The notes under the pieces: generated by a model
The model's input: the letters and a program-made list of their open reading frames with translations, nothing else
Databases searched by the model: none
What the model was told of the DNA's origin: nothing
Position numbers and translations under genes: made by a program
Source: Eledone cirrhosa
Lineage: Eukaryota
Length of the DNA stretch: 64,000 nucleotides
NCBI GenBank assembly: GCA_964016885.1
Contig: CAXHJY010000180.1
Span: forward strand, 1 to 64,000
Reading direction: 5' to 3'
Shown: positions 1-22,299 of the stretch, in pieces
Layout: each line of letters opens with the position of its first letter
Position numbering within the stretch: the first letter of the stretch is position 1

Positions 1-1730
1 TAGGAATAATAGTTTCTTGATTTAGAATGGGATTAAGAACATTTAGCGAAGTTGTGTTTGACGTTGTATTTGGGTTTGTAGAAATTAGCCTAGGGTTTAC
101 AATGACGTCGGGAGTACTATTATTATGATATTCAGTGTTGGAAGTAAGAGATTTAGTATTTAGTATTTTATTGTTGTGTTTAGAGATAATGTTGGAAATG
201 TTGGAGGATGTAGAATAGGAAAATTTTATAGTGTGTTTGTTAAATATTTTACTATAGATATGTGAGGGAGGGAAGCATTTATTTAAGGCACTAAAGAATA
301 ATTTAGGAATATTGTTATTAATAGAGATGGAGAAAGGAGCATTATACCAGATTATGTTTTTGTATCTAGGTCTTTTATTAAAGTTATTGGAATGATCATG
401 ATTAATTATTCTACTGTAATTTCTTCTAGAATATGTTTCTTTACTATATTTGATTTTATCAGGATAGCCGGCTTTAGAAAGCGCGTTATTATAGTAATTG
501 GCGTTAGCATCAAAGATGTTTTTATTAGAAGATAGGTTAGATATTCTTTTTCCAATATTACTAACTATAGCATTCTTGATATTAGTAGGATGGTTAGATT
601 TAAAGTTAACATAATTTAGGTTCTCATTGTTTTTATGGTAAGGGTAATATAGGCCAGTGTCAAGATTAAGAGATACATCCAAGAAATTAGCTAGTTTGAT
701 GCTGTTATCAAATTCAATTTTTAGGTTATGTTGGTTAAAGAGATTACGTATATTGTTCTTAATAATATTAAGGTTAACTATGTTGCAATTTAAGATAATA
801 AAGAGTCCATCGTCACGATAAATTCCACCGCGAAGTTGAGGAATTTTCCGACTCAAAGAGTTCAAAATAAAGATACCAATTAAATCTGTCAATTGGGATG
901 AATCGGATGCTCCCATTGTGATGTCGAAGTTGTTAGAGGTATCGGCTCTAGTCCAATATTCGTTGTTGAACTCTAGGATGGTTTTACGTGCGGTGAGAAT
1001 GATGTGAGGTTCATCTGTGGTGATGTCAGAATATTTAAGTGCGAAAGATAGAGCATTATTGAGAAGTGAAGGCGAAATAGAAGAATAGTAGCTGGCAATA
1101 TCAAATTGAACACATTTTAGTTAGTTTTTATTATTCAATTTGTTGAACCAGCTAATCACTTCAGAAGTACCAAACCATAAATTTAGGTTCAAAGAAGAAG
1201 GCAAATTAAGAGAACGAACCTGTGGGATAATTCTATCCAAGATGGCTTTACTAACAAACCCCAGATCTGATTTAGAGGGGGCGATTAATCTAACAGGTAG
1301 TTCAGTGCGAAAATTGTTTTTGTGATCCTTGAGATTTATCCTCGGAGTTCATGGGAGGAAGGGTTCTGTCTTTTTTTCAATGCCAAGTTTTGACATAATC
1401 TCAGAGGCTTCAAAGTTTAAGTATTCTAAATTTTCATGGTTGATTTTACAATATTATTTCCCCAAGTTCCTTTAGGATAAGGTTGTTATAATTATCCTTG
1501 GAAATACCATATAAGTTATTGGTTTTGTCAGAGTGGACTAAAACATTTTTTGAGGAATTTAGGTTTGAAATTGTGTTCTTGAGATTTACAAGGTGCTCTT
1601 GTCCTTTGTAAGGGTATCTCTTGAATTTAAGATTTTTTATAATTTTAGTTAACTCTTCCTCGAATTGCACTAGATTTTTGTTGGAAGGAGGATTTCTTCT
1701 AGAATTAAATAGATGATCTTTTGTTCTTAT
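1..1730 (-). mobile_element. Degenerate Naiad/Chlamys-type Penelope-like retroelement (RT region), running off the window's left edge
   Basis: Minus-strand translation gives SDKTNNLY, LKDHKNNFRTELPVRLIAPSKSDLG, QFDIASYYSSI, FDITMGASDS, GGIYRDDGL, NFLDVSLNL, SNHP and IIWYNAPFS...KIFNKHTIKFSYS. It has a frameshift near 1450 and in-frame stops near 1350 and 1122. Confidence 0.85.
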
Positions 1731-1826
1731 ATATTATGTATACTCCAGTCCTACAAACTGTAGAGTGCTTCTTTCCGATATCTGCATTGCTTTAATGTAC
1801 TACAATAAAACTCACCTCCTACATTA

Positions 1827-4532
<2,706 letters not shown>

Positions 4533-4723
4533 GTAGATAAATCTACCAAGAGTTTACGGTAGTGTCCAATCCGTATGAAGAACTCAATGTATTCCGGATA
4601 TCATGGAAAGAAGAGATGTAATGAAAAACCACTTTCGGTGAAAGATAAACGGTATACAGAGTCAAGATAAAATATTAAACAAATAATATTAAACAAATAA
4701 TATTTCAAATATTAAACAAATAA

Positions 4724-4870
4724 TATTTCTGAAGACGGCGTATATATGTGTTTGGTATGTATATTTAATCTTGATAATTTGTATAATTTTGTATAATTTT
4801 GTACATAGATCTGTTGAATATGCATACCAATACTATCACACATATATATCCTAGAAACGATCGTTAAATA
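4724..4870 (+). ncRNA. Type I hammerhead ribozyme with a long stem II, within a probable PLE tail fragment (4533-4925)
   Basis: TATTT-CTGAAGA (4729-4735), a ~118-nt hairpin, then GAAAC-GATC-GTT|AAATA. Stem I is TATTT/AAATA and stem III is the palindrome AACGATCGTT. Confidence 0.65.
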
Positions 4871-4925
4871 ATGAACTTTTTTTGTTTAATATAAGGAATT
4901 GTTTATTCATTATTTGTTTAATATT

Positions 4926-4993
4926 TTATACATATATATATATATACATATATATATACATATACATATATATATATACATATATATATATAC

Positions 4994-5028
<35 letters not shown>

Positions 5029-5075
5029 CATATATATATACATATACATATATATATATACATATATATATATAC

Positions 5076-5106
<31 letters not shown>

Positions 5107-5125
5107 CATATATATATACATATAC

Positions 5126-5208
<83 letters not shown>

Positions 5209-5487
5209 CATATATATATACATATACATATATACATATATATATATATACATATATATATACATATACATATATATATACATATATATATACATATATA
5301 TATATATATACATATATATATACATATATATATACATATATATATACATATATATATACATATATATATACATATATATATACATATATATATTCATATA
5401 TATATACATATATATATACATATACATATATATATACATACATATATATATACATACATATATACATACATATATATATATACATAT
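4926..5487. repeat. (TA)n/TACA microsatellite
   Basis: Read directly from the sequence. Confidence 0.98.
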
Positions 5488-7582
5488 GCAAAAAGTGTGT
5501 CCCGGAGAAAGAGGCAAACAGACACAAAAATCTTATTCCCAGAGATAGGAAAATCCTTATGAGACGTAGAACTAAACTCTCAAACCAGTTGAATAGTCAA
5601 CAAAACAAAAACAAGAAGGAATTCTATTTGAAACGTGCACTACTTGACACCGAGATTGCACTCAAACTTTCACATGAGAATGAGAGGGCAAAGCAAGAGA
5701 ACAGGGCCATAGAAAACATTAAAACAAACCCTAAGGCCTTCTTTAAATTTGCAAAAGAAACTGCCTCAGTACACTGCAAGATTGGGCCACTCTTCCACAC
5801 GGACGGTTCATTAACCGAAAATCCCCAAGAGATATGTGAAATACTGAACGAACAGTACAAAAGTGTCTTCACATGTCCACTGAGGCACATGCAAATAACG
5901 AAGCCAGAGGAGTTCTTTGATGCCACAACACTACATCAAAAAATGGCAACCATCAACCACATAGACATAACGGAGGAGAATGTGGTGTACGCCATTGATG
6001 AAATTAGAACAGACTCGGCTGTTGGACCTGATGGATTCCCAGCAGTTCTCCTAAAATATGTAAGCGGGCCTTAGCAACTCCACTGAAGATGCTCTTCAGA
6101 AGCTCCTTGGCTAGCGGTGTACTACCCAGGGAGCTGAAAGAAGGCACAATATGCCCTATCCATAAAGGAGGTAGTAGAGCGGAGGCCAAGAACTATAGGC
6201 CAGTCTCTCTGACGTCGCATATTAGTAAGGTCATGGAGCGAGTCGTCAGAAAGAAACTAATCACTTTCCTCGAAGAAAATGACCGCCTGACTAGCACGCA
6301 ACATGGCTTCCGCCCAGGAAGAAGCTGCCTTACACAGCTTCTACATCACTACGACTGGGTACTGAGACAACTACTAGACAGCTCACATGTGGACGTGATA
6401 TATCTTGACTTTGCGAAGGCCTTTGACAAGGTCGACCACGGAATGATATGTCACAAACTACACGGACTCGGCATAACTGGAAAAGTAGGTGAGTGGCTGC
6501 ATGGCTTCCTAGGGGACAGAAGCCAGGCAGTTGCAGCAAATGTGGCCCTCTCGAGGGAAACACCGATAACAAGTGGGGTGCCCCAGGGGACAGTCCTGGG
6601 ACCACTACTGTTTCTGGCGGCACTCTCGGACATGCCCTCTGTGGTGCATGCAACAACATCCCTCACTAGCTATGCTGATGACACTAAGGTAGCACAGGCA
6701 ATCAAAAACCCGGCTGACGCTGCCCTTTTACAGCAGGATCTGGATGCCATATACAGATGGGCGGAAGAAAACAACATGCAGTTTAATGCTGGCAAATTCC
6801 AAGCCCTACAATACAAACCTGCAAACACAAATATAGTGGAACACAGCTACACAGGACCAGGAGGGACCGATATCCCCGTGTCAAAATCGATACGAGACCT
6901 GGGCATAGACATGAGCGATGATGCATCTTTTTCTTCACACATCATGAAAGTGGCGACAACGTGCAGACGACTCGCTGGCTGGATCTTGAGGACTTTCCGG
7001 ACAAGAGATCGAGACACCATGTTGACACTGTGGAGGACTTTTGTCCTAAGCCGCCTGGACTACTGCTCCCAGTTGTGGTCACCCCATAGTGTCAAACTAA
7101 CCACGGAGTTTGAGGCAGTCCAGCGAAGCTACACCAAGAGGATTGCCAAGATGAGGGAGACAAGCTACTGGGAGAGGCTAAAGGAACTGAACCTCTACTC
7201 CTTGGAGCGAAGACGGGAGAAATACGCAGTGATCTACATTTGGAAAATCCTGGAGGGACTAGCACCAAACTTTGGTATTGGGAGCTGGACCAACCGTCGA
7301 ACAGGACGCCACTGTGTGGTGCCAAAGGTCCCGTCTTCCACATCTAGAATAAGGAACAGGTATTGCAATAGCCTGGGATTCAAGGGCCCTCAACTCTTCA
7401 ACAGGCTGCCGAGGCATCTGAGAGACTTTCATGACGTGGAGGTGGATGTCTTTAAGAAACATCTCGACACCTTGTTATCCAGGATCCCGGATGGGCCCAC
7501 AGCAAGACACGAGGGAAACCTAAGGGCAGCAGCAACAAACTCCCTCCTACACCAGTGGCCAACCTATACAGGCTGGAGATAA
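5488..7582 (+). pseudogene. LINE ORF2 reverse transcriptase, one frameshift near 6058
   Basis: [12 protein letters not shown]...[13 protein letters not shown] in one frame continues as [17 protein letters not shown]... in ORF 6089-7582. Confidence 0.88.
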
Positions 7583-7659
7583 AATGTGTAGCAACAAGGG
7601 CGGTGCCCCAGCATGGCCTCAGCCGGATGGCTGAAACAGGTAAAAGAGTAAAAGAGTAA
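5488..7659 (+). mobile_element. 5'-truncated CR1/L2-group LINE inserted in a TA tract
   Basis: RT motifs NYRPVSLTS, QHGFRPGRSC, YLDFAKAFDKVDH, SGVPQGTVLGPLLF and YADDTK. The short 3' UTR ends in GC-rich sequence and (GTAAAAGA)2. Confidence 0.92.
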
Positions 7660-7686
7660 TATATATATATATATATATATATATAT

Positions 7687-8100
7687 GGTGGCTGCCAACT
7701 CGTTTTCGAGTACGGCCACTACTTTATATCCATGTAGGAGAACCCCTACCGATGCGCTGAACGAGTGTGATTTTTTAGTCGAGCCCGCGACTTGAAAACT
7801 CTGCTACAAACACTACACTTTTACACAATTACTGACACATAGTGCTGGGCCCATTGTATCCTGTGATGACAAGTGCAGAGAGATATCCAGACACAAAGCA
7901 ATGCCTGTGCCGTGAAGCTTTTATAGTGAGCAAAGGCACTGCACAAAGCCAGTCCCACTCTCTTAACCAAGATGATATTTACCAAAAAGAAGAACAAGTC
8001 AACATCATTGGATACCATCAGGGTTGCAGGTGTTATATCAGAGTTCTCCTTCTCCTAGAATTCTGCCTTGAGAAAGGCTAAGGGGTCATCTCTCCCGGTG
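7687..8100 (+). mobile_element. Probable PLE fragment (GIY-YIG C-terminus) between TA tracts
   Basis: DTKQCLCREAFIVSK...SLNQDD resembles the R..EA.hI...LN.D end of PLE endonucleases. TA tracts lie on both sides. Confidence 0.35.
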
Positions 8101-8107
8101 ATATGTA

Positions 8108-8197
<90 letters not shown>

Positions 8198-8210
8198 CAA
8201 ATATATACAT

Positions 8211-8242
<32 letters not shown>

Positions 8243-8361
8243 CATTATATATATATACATATATATACATTATATATACATATATATACATATATATATA
8301 CATATATATACATATATATATACATATATATACATATATATATACATATATATACATATAC

Positions 8362-8392
<31 letters not shown>

Positions 8393-8407
8393 CATATACA
8401 CATATAC

Positions 8408-8438
<31 letters not shown>

Positions 8439-8487
8439 CATATACATATACACATATATATACATATATATATACATATATATATAT
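8101..8487. repeat. (TA)n/TACA microsatellite
   Basis: Read directly from the sequence. Confidence 0.98.
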
Positions 8488-8569
8488 AAGGAGGAGGTTA
8501 TAGTTCACTTGAAGCATTGTGTAATGAGGTATAAACGTTAGAATATGTGTAATAAGGCCAGGATTACCC

Positions 8570-9577
8570 ATGGGATCCAGCCTCTCTGGCCTGCTGGCCA
8601 TCACTTACATGAACCAGCTAGAATGCCGAGCCCTCAACACCTGCCATTCCCATGCCTTCTTCACCCGATATGTAGATGACATACTCATCCTTACATCATC
8701 CCGTGAAGAGGCAGAGAAAATATACACAACATTCTCCAGCATGGACGCCAGTATAAAGTTCAGCATAGAACACCCCGATGACCGCGGATCCCTATCCCTG
8801 CTGGACTTCCAACTCAGGGTAACAGAGGAAGGCAACATCCACACCTGCTTCTATAAAAAATCCGCCAGCAGGGACCTGTTCGTACATTTCAGATCGGCCC
8901 TCCCACTCGGTGCCAAGTTCGGATACATAAAGAACGAACTGGCACGTATCAAGAACAAATGCACCGACGCCAGAGACCGAGACACACACACCACACATTT
9001 CCTGGAAGTACTCAAACTGAACGGATACACGACATCCACCAGAAACCGTGCCAGAAAGAACAGAGGACACCACACCCGAGGCACTAACACTTGCTTCCTG
9101 AAGCTCCCACACTTCAGTGAAGAAACAACAACAGCCATCCGCAGAGCCATCAGACGAGAAGGTCTGGATATTCAACTGGCCCATTCGGGTCCTTCTTTGC
9201 GTGGACGGCTAGTTAAGAGACACTCCAACAGACATGACAACTGCTGCAGACTAGCCAACTGCCCCATCAACGACACAGACCTATGCCACCAGGCTTACGT
9301 AGTTTACAGACTAGAGTGTGACAAATGCAACAACTTCTACGTAGGTAGCACCACCAGACCACTCCACATAAGAATAAAAGAACACCTCAATACTAACGCT
9401 TCCTCATTTAAGAAACACCTAGTTAAATGCAAAAACACTGATAAAAACATAACAGTTAGGATAGAAACTAAAGAAAAAAACCTCGGTAATCTTAGAATCA
9501 AGGAAGCACTCATTATAGATAGAACACATCCACCAATCAATAATAGACTAGAGCTCAACACCCAATTTATAACCTGA
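8570..9577 (+). CDS. Penelope RT C-terminal half plus GIY-YIG endonuclease (uninterrupted but N-truncated)
   Basis: (GLP)[21 protein letters not shown], and [29 protein letters not shown]...KEALII...IN. Confidence 0.9.
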   Translation: MGSSLSGLLAITYMNQLECRALNTCHSHAFFTRYVDDILILTSSREEAEKIYTTFSSMDASIKFSIEHPDDRGSLSLLDFQLRVTEEGNIHTCFYKKSASRDLFVHFRSALPLGAKFGYIKNELARIKNKCTDARDRDTHTTHFLEVLKLNGYTTSTRNRARKNRGHHTRGTNTCFLKLPHFSEETTTAIRRAIRREGLDIQLAHSGPSLRGRLVKRHSNRHDNCCRLANCPINDTDLCHQAYVVYRLECDKCNNFYVGSTTRPLHIRIKEHLNTNASSFKKHLVKCKNTDKNITVRIETKEKNLGNLRIKEALIIDRTHPPINNRLELNTQFIT

Positions 9578-9954
9578 TAGGGCCTCTAGCCCCACTTTAC
9601 ACACCCCACACACACGCACGCACACACCTCCACTTATTCTCTCTCACACATACACACACAAAACCAGTTCTAACACCAGATAACACCTACCCCCCCACTT
9701 TTACGATTAGACCTATCTTCCCACACTCACACACACACATACCTACACCTTCATGCTTTCTCCCACACACATATACAGGCACGCATATAAAATTTAAAAA
9801 ACACAACAAAAACATAAACAAACCCCTCTTAAAGGGAGACTACTCTTTACCCACCTAATTTTAATTCTTTGATATTAAAGTTAGAACTCTATACTATTTC
9901 CGGTCAGCATGGCTTCATTGGAAATTTAAGACGCTGGTCTGAGACTTTTACTTC

Positions 9955-9989
9955 CCTCCGAAGAAGAGATATTATCTCGAAAATTAAGG
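9955..9989 (+). ncRNA. Minimal hammerhead ribozyme, U4->C core variant
   Basis: CCT-CCGAAGA-A-GAGAT att ATCTC-GAAA-AT-TA|AGG. Confidence 0.55.
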
Positions 9990-10106
9990 ACATTTAAATA
10001 AATTCAAGGTGAAAGACGAATTCTCATCAATATCTCTCACTATTGCATTCTTTTTTCTATGTCCATATCTGCATTGTCTTGGCCTTATTACACATATTCT
10101 AACGTT

Positions 10107-18272
<8,166 letters not shown>

Positions 18273-18384
18273 GTAAAAGGTAAACAGAAATAATACAATC
18301 GTTACAGTATATGGAAGGGATATGTTAAGTTAACGCTTGATATAGCAGGAAGAGGTTCTTAACGTTTCGGACGCTAGTCCTTCG
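18273..18384 (-). mobile_element. PLE-type tail with a hammerhead truncated in its core
   Basis: Minus strand reads (C)GA-A-GGAC tagc GTCC-GAAACGTT-AAGA. The segment is homologous to ~56240-56320. Confidence 0.6.
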
Positions 18385-19070
18385 TGTGGTCCCGTAATTC
18401 CTGGTGGAGTCGTGGGGCGTCATATTGACATACGGCGTTTGTTAGGTATCTTAAGCCTGGCGGAGCCCATTCTTCTCCAGGCAGATTTCTTCAAGAGAAG
18501 GTTAGAAAGTGACAGAGAGGAAGTGAGAAATAGATACAGAGGAAGAATTGACCTCAGTACTAGACTGGTACAGTTTTTTATCGACCACGAAAGGGGGAAA
18601 GGCAAAGTTGACCTCGGCCAAAGCACTCTATCCGACGTTCTAATGAGCGTTATATATAATTATCAGTAACATAGTGTGATTCATAATTAAGGTGTATGTG
18701 ATTCTAGCTAGTCCGGCATGTACTATATGCACATACACTTAACCAACAGATGTTTCAGAAAGCAAAACGCTTATAAGCTATGATTTATTCTTGTTTCAGT
18801 ACCGAATGTTTTAGGTTACTGGTGATAGATAAAAAAAAATCCTGAAACCCACGTATCTGGCGTTCTTAGACGGCTACCTGAATATATTTCAGGTTTTCAA
18901 TGCCCTAATTAAGATATATGCTTTCACCTACAAAACTGGTGGTTTTTACAAGCAATCGAACTCTTAACATAACACGTTCTGCTTGGCCAGAAAAGAAAAA
19001 GTAGTTTTAAAAGCATTTAATTTTATTATTTTTATCGTTTTTATTATTAAGTCGACGTAATAACAAAAAT

Positions 19071-19250
19071 TGTTTCTACTTTAGGCACAAGGCCAGCAAT
19101 TACCCAGTGCATTACTGGTACTTTATTTTATCGACCCCGTAAGGATGAAAGGCAAAGTCAACCTCGGCGGGATTTGAACTCAGATCGTAAAGGGACGTAA
19201 CTATGCTGGAAAGCATGGCGTCCGACCCTCTACTGATACTGCCAATCCAC
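19071..19250 (-). mobile_element. tRNA-derived SINE (young subfamily) with an 18-bp TSD
   Basis: A box TGGCAGTATCAG, B box GAGTTCAAATCC, and a central GCCTTTCATCCT...GTCGATAAAATAAAGTACCAG (Nin-like) domain. TSD CGACGTAATAACAAAAAT at 19053-19070 and 19251-19268. Confidence 0.92.
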
Positions 19251-19374
19251 CGACGTAATAACAAAAATGGTAGTGTGTCAGTCTAAATAAAATGCCTTTG
19301 GCGACTAGTTTCTTCCTATTACATTAATATTTATTGAAATATGAAAAATAATTATGACGCAACACTTAATTATT

Positions 19375-19530
19375 GGTTTCTGATTTAGGCACAAGGCCAA
19401 CAATTTGAAGGGAAGGGGAAAGTCGATTGAATCGACGGCAGTGCATTACTGGTACTTTATTTTATCGACCCCTTAAGGATGAAAGGCAAAGCCAACCTCG
19501 ACAGGAACTCAGATCTTAAAGGGACGTAAC
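19375..19530 (-). mobile_element. Older SINE copy of the same superfamily, truncated
   Basis: GGCACAAGGCC...TTATCGACCCC...GGATGAAAGGCAAAG. Confidence 0.8.
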
Positions 19531-19800
19531 CATTACCTAATTATTAATTGTACAAATTGAATAGATTTCATGTAAGCCAGTTAAAACAAGTATATATCGT
19601 ACAATCCAGGCAATTGTTACAATTATATTTGACACTTGCGTATATGTTTATCTATTCTTCGAATTTATTTAAGAGTTTTCTATCAATATTAATTCTTTAT
19701 GAAAATTCTTATATCCTGCCTAACTCCACAAAGTTCATAGATTTTTTTATATGATACTTAGAGAATTAGCAACAAATACTTTTACTGTCTCTCCAATTGC

Positions 19801-19861
<61 letters not shown>

Positions 19862-19864
<3 letters not shown>

Positions 19865-20733
19865 CTTTTAAGAAAACCCACTGTACTAATAGGAAATGTA
19901 TTATATGTAAAGTAAACCTCCGGATAAACTGTAAAACTAGAAACGTAGTCTATAGCATAAAATGTACAGCGGGTATTTGCAGAAACATGACAACAACATA
20001 CATAGGCGAGACAGCTCGTAGCATAGGTGAAAGAATAGACCAACAATGGGGGAACTAAAAGGACGAGAAAACGATTCAGTACTATACGAACACGCCAGAC
20101 AACCACATGACGGTAACATAGATAACATAGAAATTAAAATAATATCTAAACATAGAAATGACCCAGCAGATAGGCAAGTGAAATAGAACTTAGAAGGCCA
20201 AAGCTAAACAGAAAAAATGAATGGAATAACAACACCCAAACAATACTAACCTAAGAGAAAATATACACAATCACAATAACAACAAACACATATAAACACA
20301 CACTAGTAAACCAAGATAGAATACAATAACCAAAACACAATCACCCAAACGCGAACACACACCAAACACTATACACACACGCAAACGCATGCGCAGAGAA
20401 GAAGACAAAAATAAATAAATAAATAAATAAATAAACAGATTAAATAAAGATGGCGTAGGTATACAATACAACAGGAGGAACATAATAATAGCACCACTGA
20501 CGATGTTGCAGATGTGCAACGAAAGAACTTTATTAGACTATATATATATGTGTTTGTGTCTATATTATATCTGTATTTTTTGACCGTTGGTCAGTCAATG
20601 GTAAACATTGAGGACCGAATAAATTAACTGATATAAAAGATACAGAAGCGAAAACCAACCAAACAGTGAGTGCGTTCTGTTATTAATTCTGGCAATATTA
20701 TTACAACAATATGACCCTCCTCAAGTATAACAA
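19862..20733 (+). mobile_element. PLE 3' fragment (GIY-YIG plus hammerhead tail) flanked by TA tracts
   Basis: C..RKCIIC...NCKTRNVVYSIKC...YIGETARSIGERI...LNRKNEW. The terminus ATGACCCTCC..AAGTATAACAAT matches 55522-55545. Confidence 0.8.
20497..20530 (+). ncRNA. Hammerhead core with stem I disrupted
   Basis: CTGACGA-T-GTTGCA gatg TGCAAC-GAAA-GAAC-TT. Confidence 0.65.
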
Positions 20734-20869
20734 TATATATTTATATATATATATATGTGTGTGTAGAGAGAGAGAGAGGTGGCGGGAGATAGCTAGTCAA
20801 AATTCAAAATAAACCATCAGGTGGCCCATATTTTAAAATTAGTGTATGAGAAAAAATACATGACATACA

Positions 20870-20905
20870 AAAGAGAAAGAAAGAAAGAAAGAGAGAAAGA
20901 AAGAG

Positions 20906-20948
<43 letters not shown>

Positions 20949-20950
20949 AA
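20870..20950. repeat. (GAAA)n microsatellite
   Basis: Read directly from the sequence. Confidence 0.9.
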
Positions 20951-21286
20951 ACGAAAAAGGAGCGTGTAATGCAGCAGCAAATTAAGTCATATCGAATAAA
21001 AGTGTTGTTCTTTAGCAGTCTTACTTGCACATTTGACGAAAGAGTGATTCGTAACTTCCTTTATTCTGTTTCAAATCATTTAGGTACATAGCAGCAGATT
21101 CCTTTGGTGCGCCATGAATATGTTTGTATCGTAGTAAATCTTGACCAGAAATCCATCGAAATATAACACGGACTTTGGCCACATCAGTTTTAGCTGGTTT
21201 CAGTAAATAATTTACCAGGTCAGAGAGCTCAGCGGAATGGAGATCGGTTGGAGCCTGTAAATACAGAAGTAATTAAAAAGTTAATA

Positions 21287-21317
<31 letters not shown>

Positions 21318-21318
<1 letters not shown>

Positions 21319-21475
21319 TTCTACAATTGGCACAAGGCCAGCAATTTGAAGGGAAAGAGAAGGTCAACCAAATCGACCCTAATGCGTTACTGGTGCTGAT
21401 CCCAGTGGGATTTGAATTTAAAATGTAAAGAGCCTGAACAAATACCACAAAGAATTTTAGCAAACGCTCTGATAA
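21318..21475 (-). mobile_element. Degenerate SINE with an (AAT)n tail
   Basis: TTTCTACAATTGGCACAAGGCCAGCAA...GGGATTTGAA, next to AAT repeats at 21288-21317. Confidence 0.7.
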
Positions 21476-21485
21476 CGATAATAAT

Positions 21486-21795
21486 AGTGACAATCCTATA
21501 GGACTTCCTTGTGAATTCCAACAGAACGATCAAGGCCAACAGACTTGATATAATTATGAAGGACCATAAAAAAAACATGCTTCTTAATTGATGTGAGCAT
21601 TCTATCAGATCGTAACATCTCGAAAGAGTTCCCAAAACTCAGTAAGTACATAGATCTGATAAACGAAATTGAGAAGATGTGGCATCTTAACGCCTGTACA
21701 ATACCAGTAATAGTCGGTGCACATGGAATGATAAAAAAGGGAACTGATAAATATTTGGATCGGATGCCTGGAAAAATATCTCTATCTTTAATACT
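21486..21795 (+). mobile_element. R4/Dong-like LINE restriction-like endonuclease fragment
   Basis: NRTIKANRLDII, IDVSI, KLSKYIDLINEIEKMWHL, IPVIVGAHGMI. Confidence 0.75.
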
Positions 21796-21809
21796 TTCAA
21801 GCGTATCCA

Positions 21810-22290
21810 GCATACGACGTCCTTCACCATGGCAGCCAGGTAGATAAAAACTGCCTTCACTTGCCGGCTAAATGAAGGCGGCGGGTGATCTTCGCGATGG
21901 ACTCAGCCGATAGCTGGATACGTTCTACACGTGACAGCAGGTGTTCGACAAATCCACAAGTCAACAATAATTCCACAAATCCGGACAAGATGGTTTCGTC
22001 ACCTTGTACGCATGTCGGACAGGCCCGGCTGACAGCACTTTCATGCCTGTAGAGTTATCTCGAACTGCCAATGTTCCTCAGTAACACTGCCAGCATCGAA
22101 AGTCCTCCGGAAAAGAGTGGTTAGTTGATTTTCGTCGACGCCAAAAGTCTCCCCAAAAGCCTCAGCGCATGTGTAAGCATTATCAGCCACAGCATGCCCA
22201 GTTCTCTACGCAGCGGGTGTTGACAGCAAATTAACCCCTTCCTCACTTCCCTTCCACAAAAAACTGAAAGCGCAAACACTACAGTACAGT
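21810..22290 (-). mobile_element. L1/Tx1 ORF2 3' segment, inverted relative to 22300-24150
   Basis: The reverse complement aligns by eye to 28710-29460 (TTTTTGTGGAAGGGA, TGCTGTCAACACCC, TGAGTCCAT, TTTTTATCT.CCTGG). Confidence 0.75.
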
Positions 22291-22299
22291 CAGACGTGT

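Noticed and set aside
1345-1355. In-frame TGA in the Naiad-like ORF as possible selenocysteine (some Naiads encode selenoproteins)
   Set aside because: It is not at a Cys-motif position, and the copy also has a TAA stop and a frameshift. Simple decay explains it.
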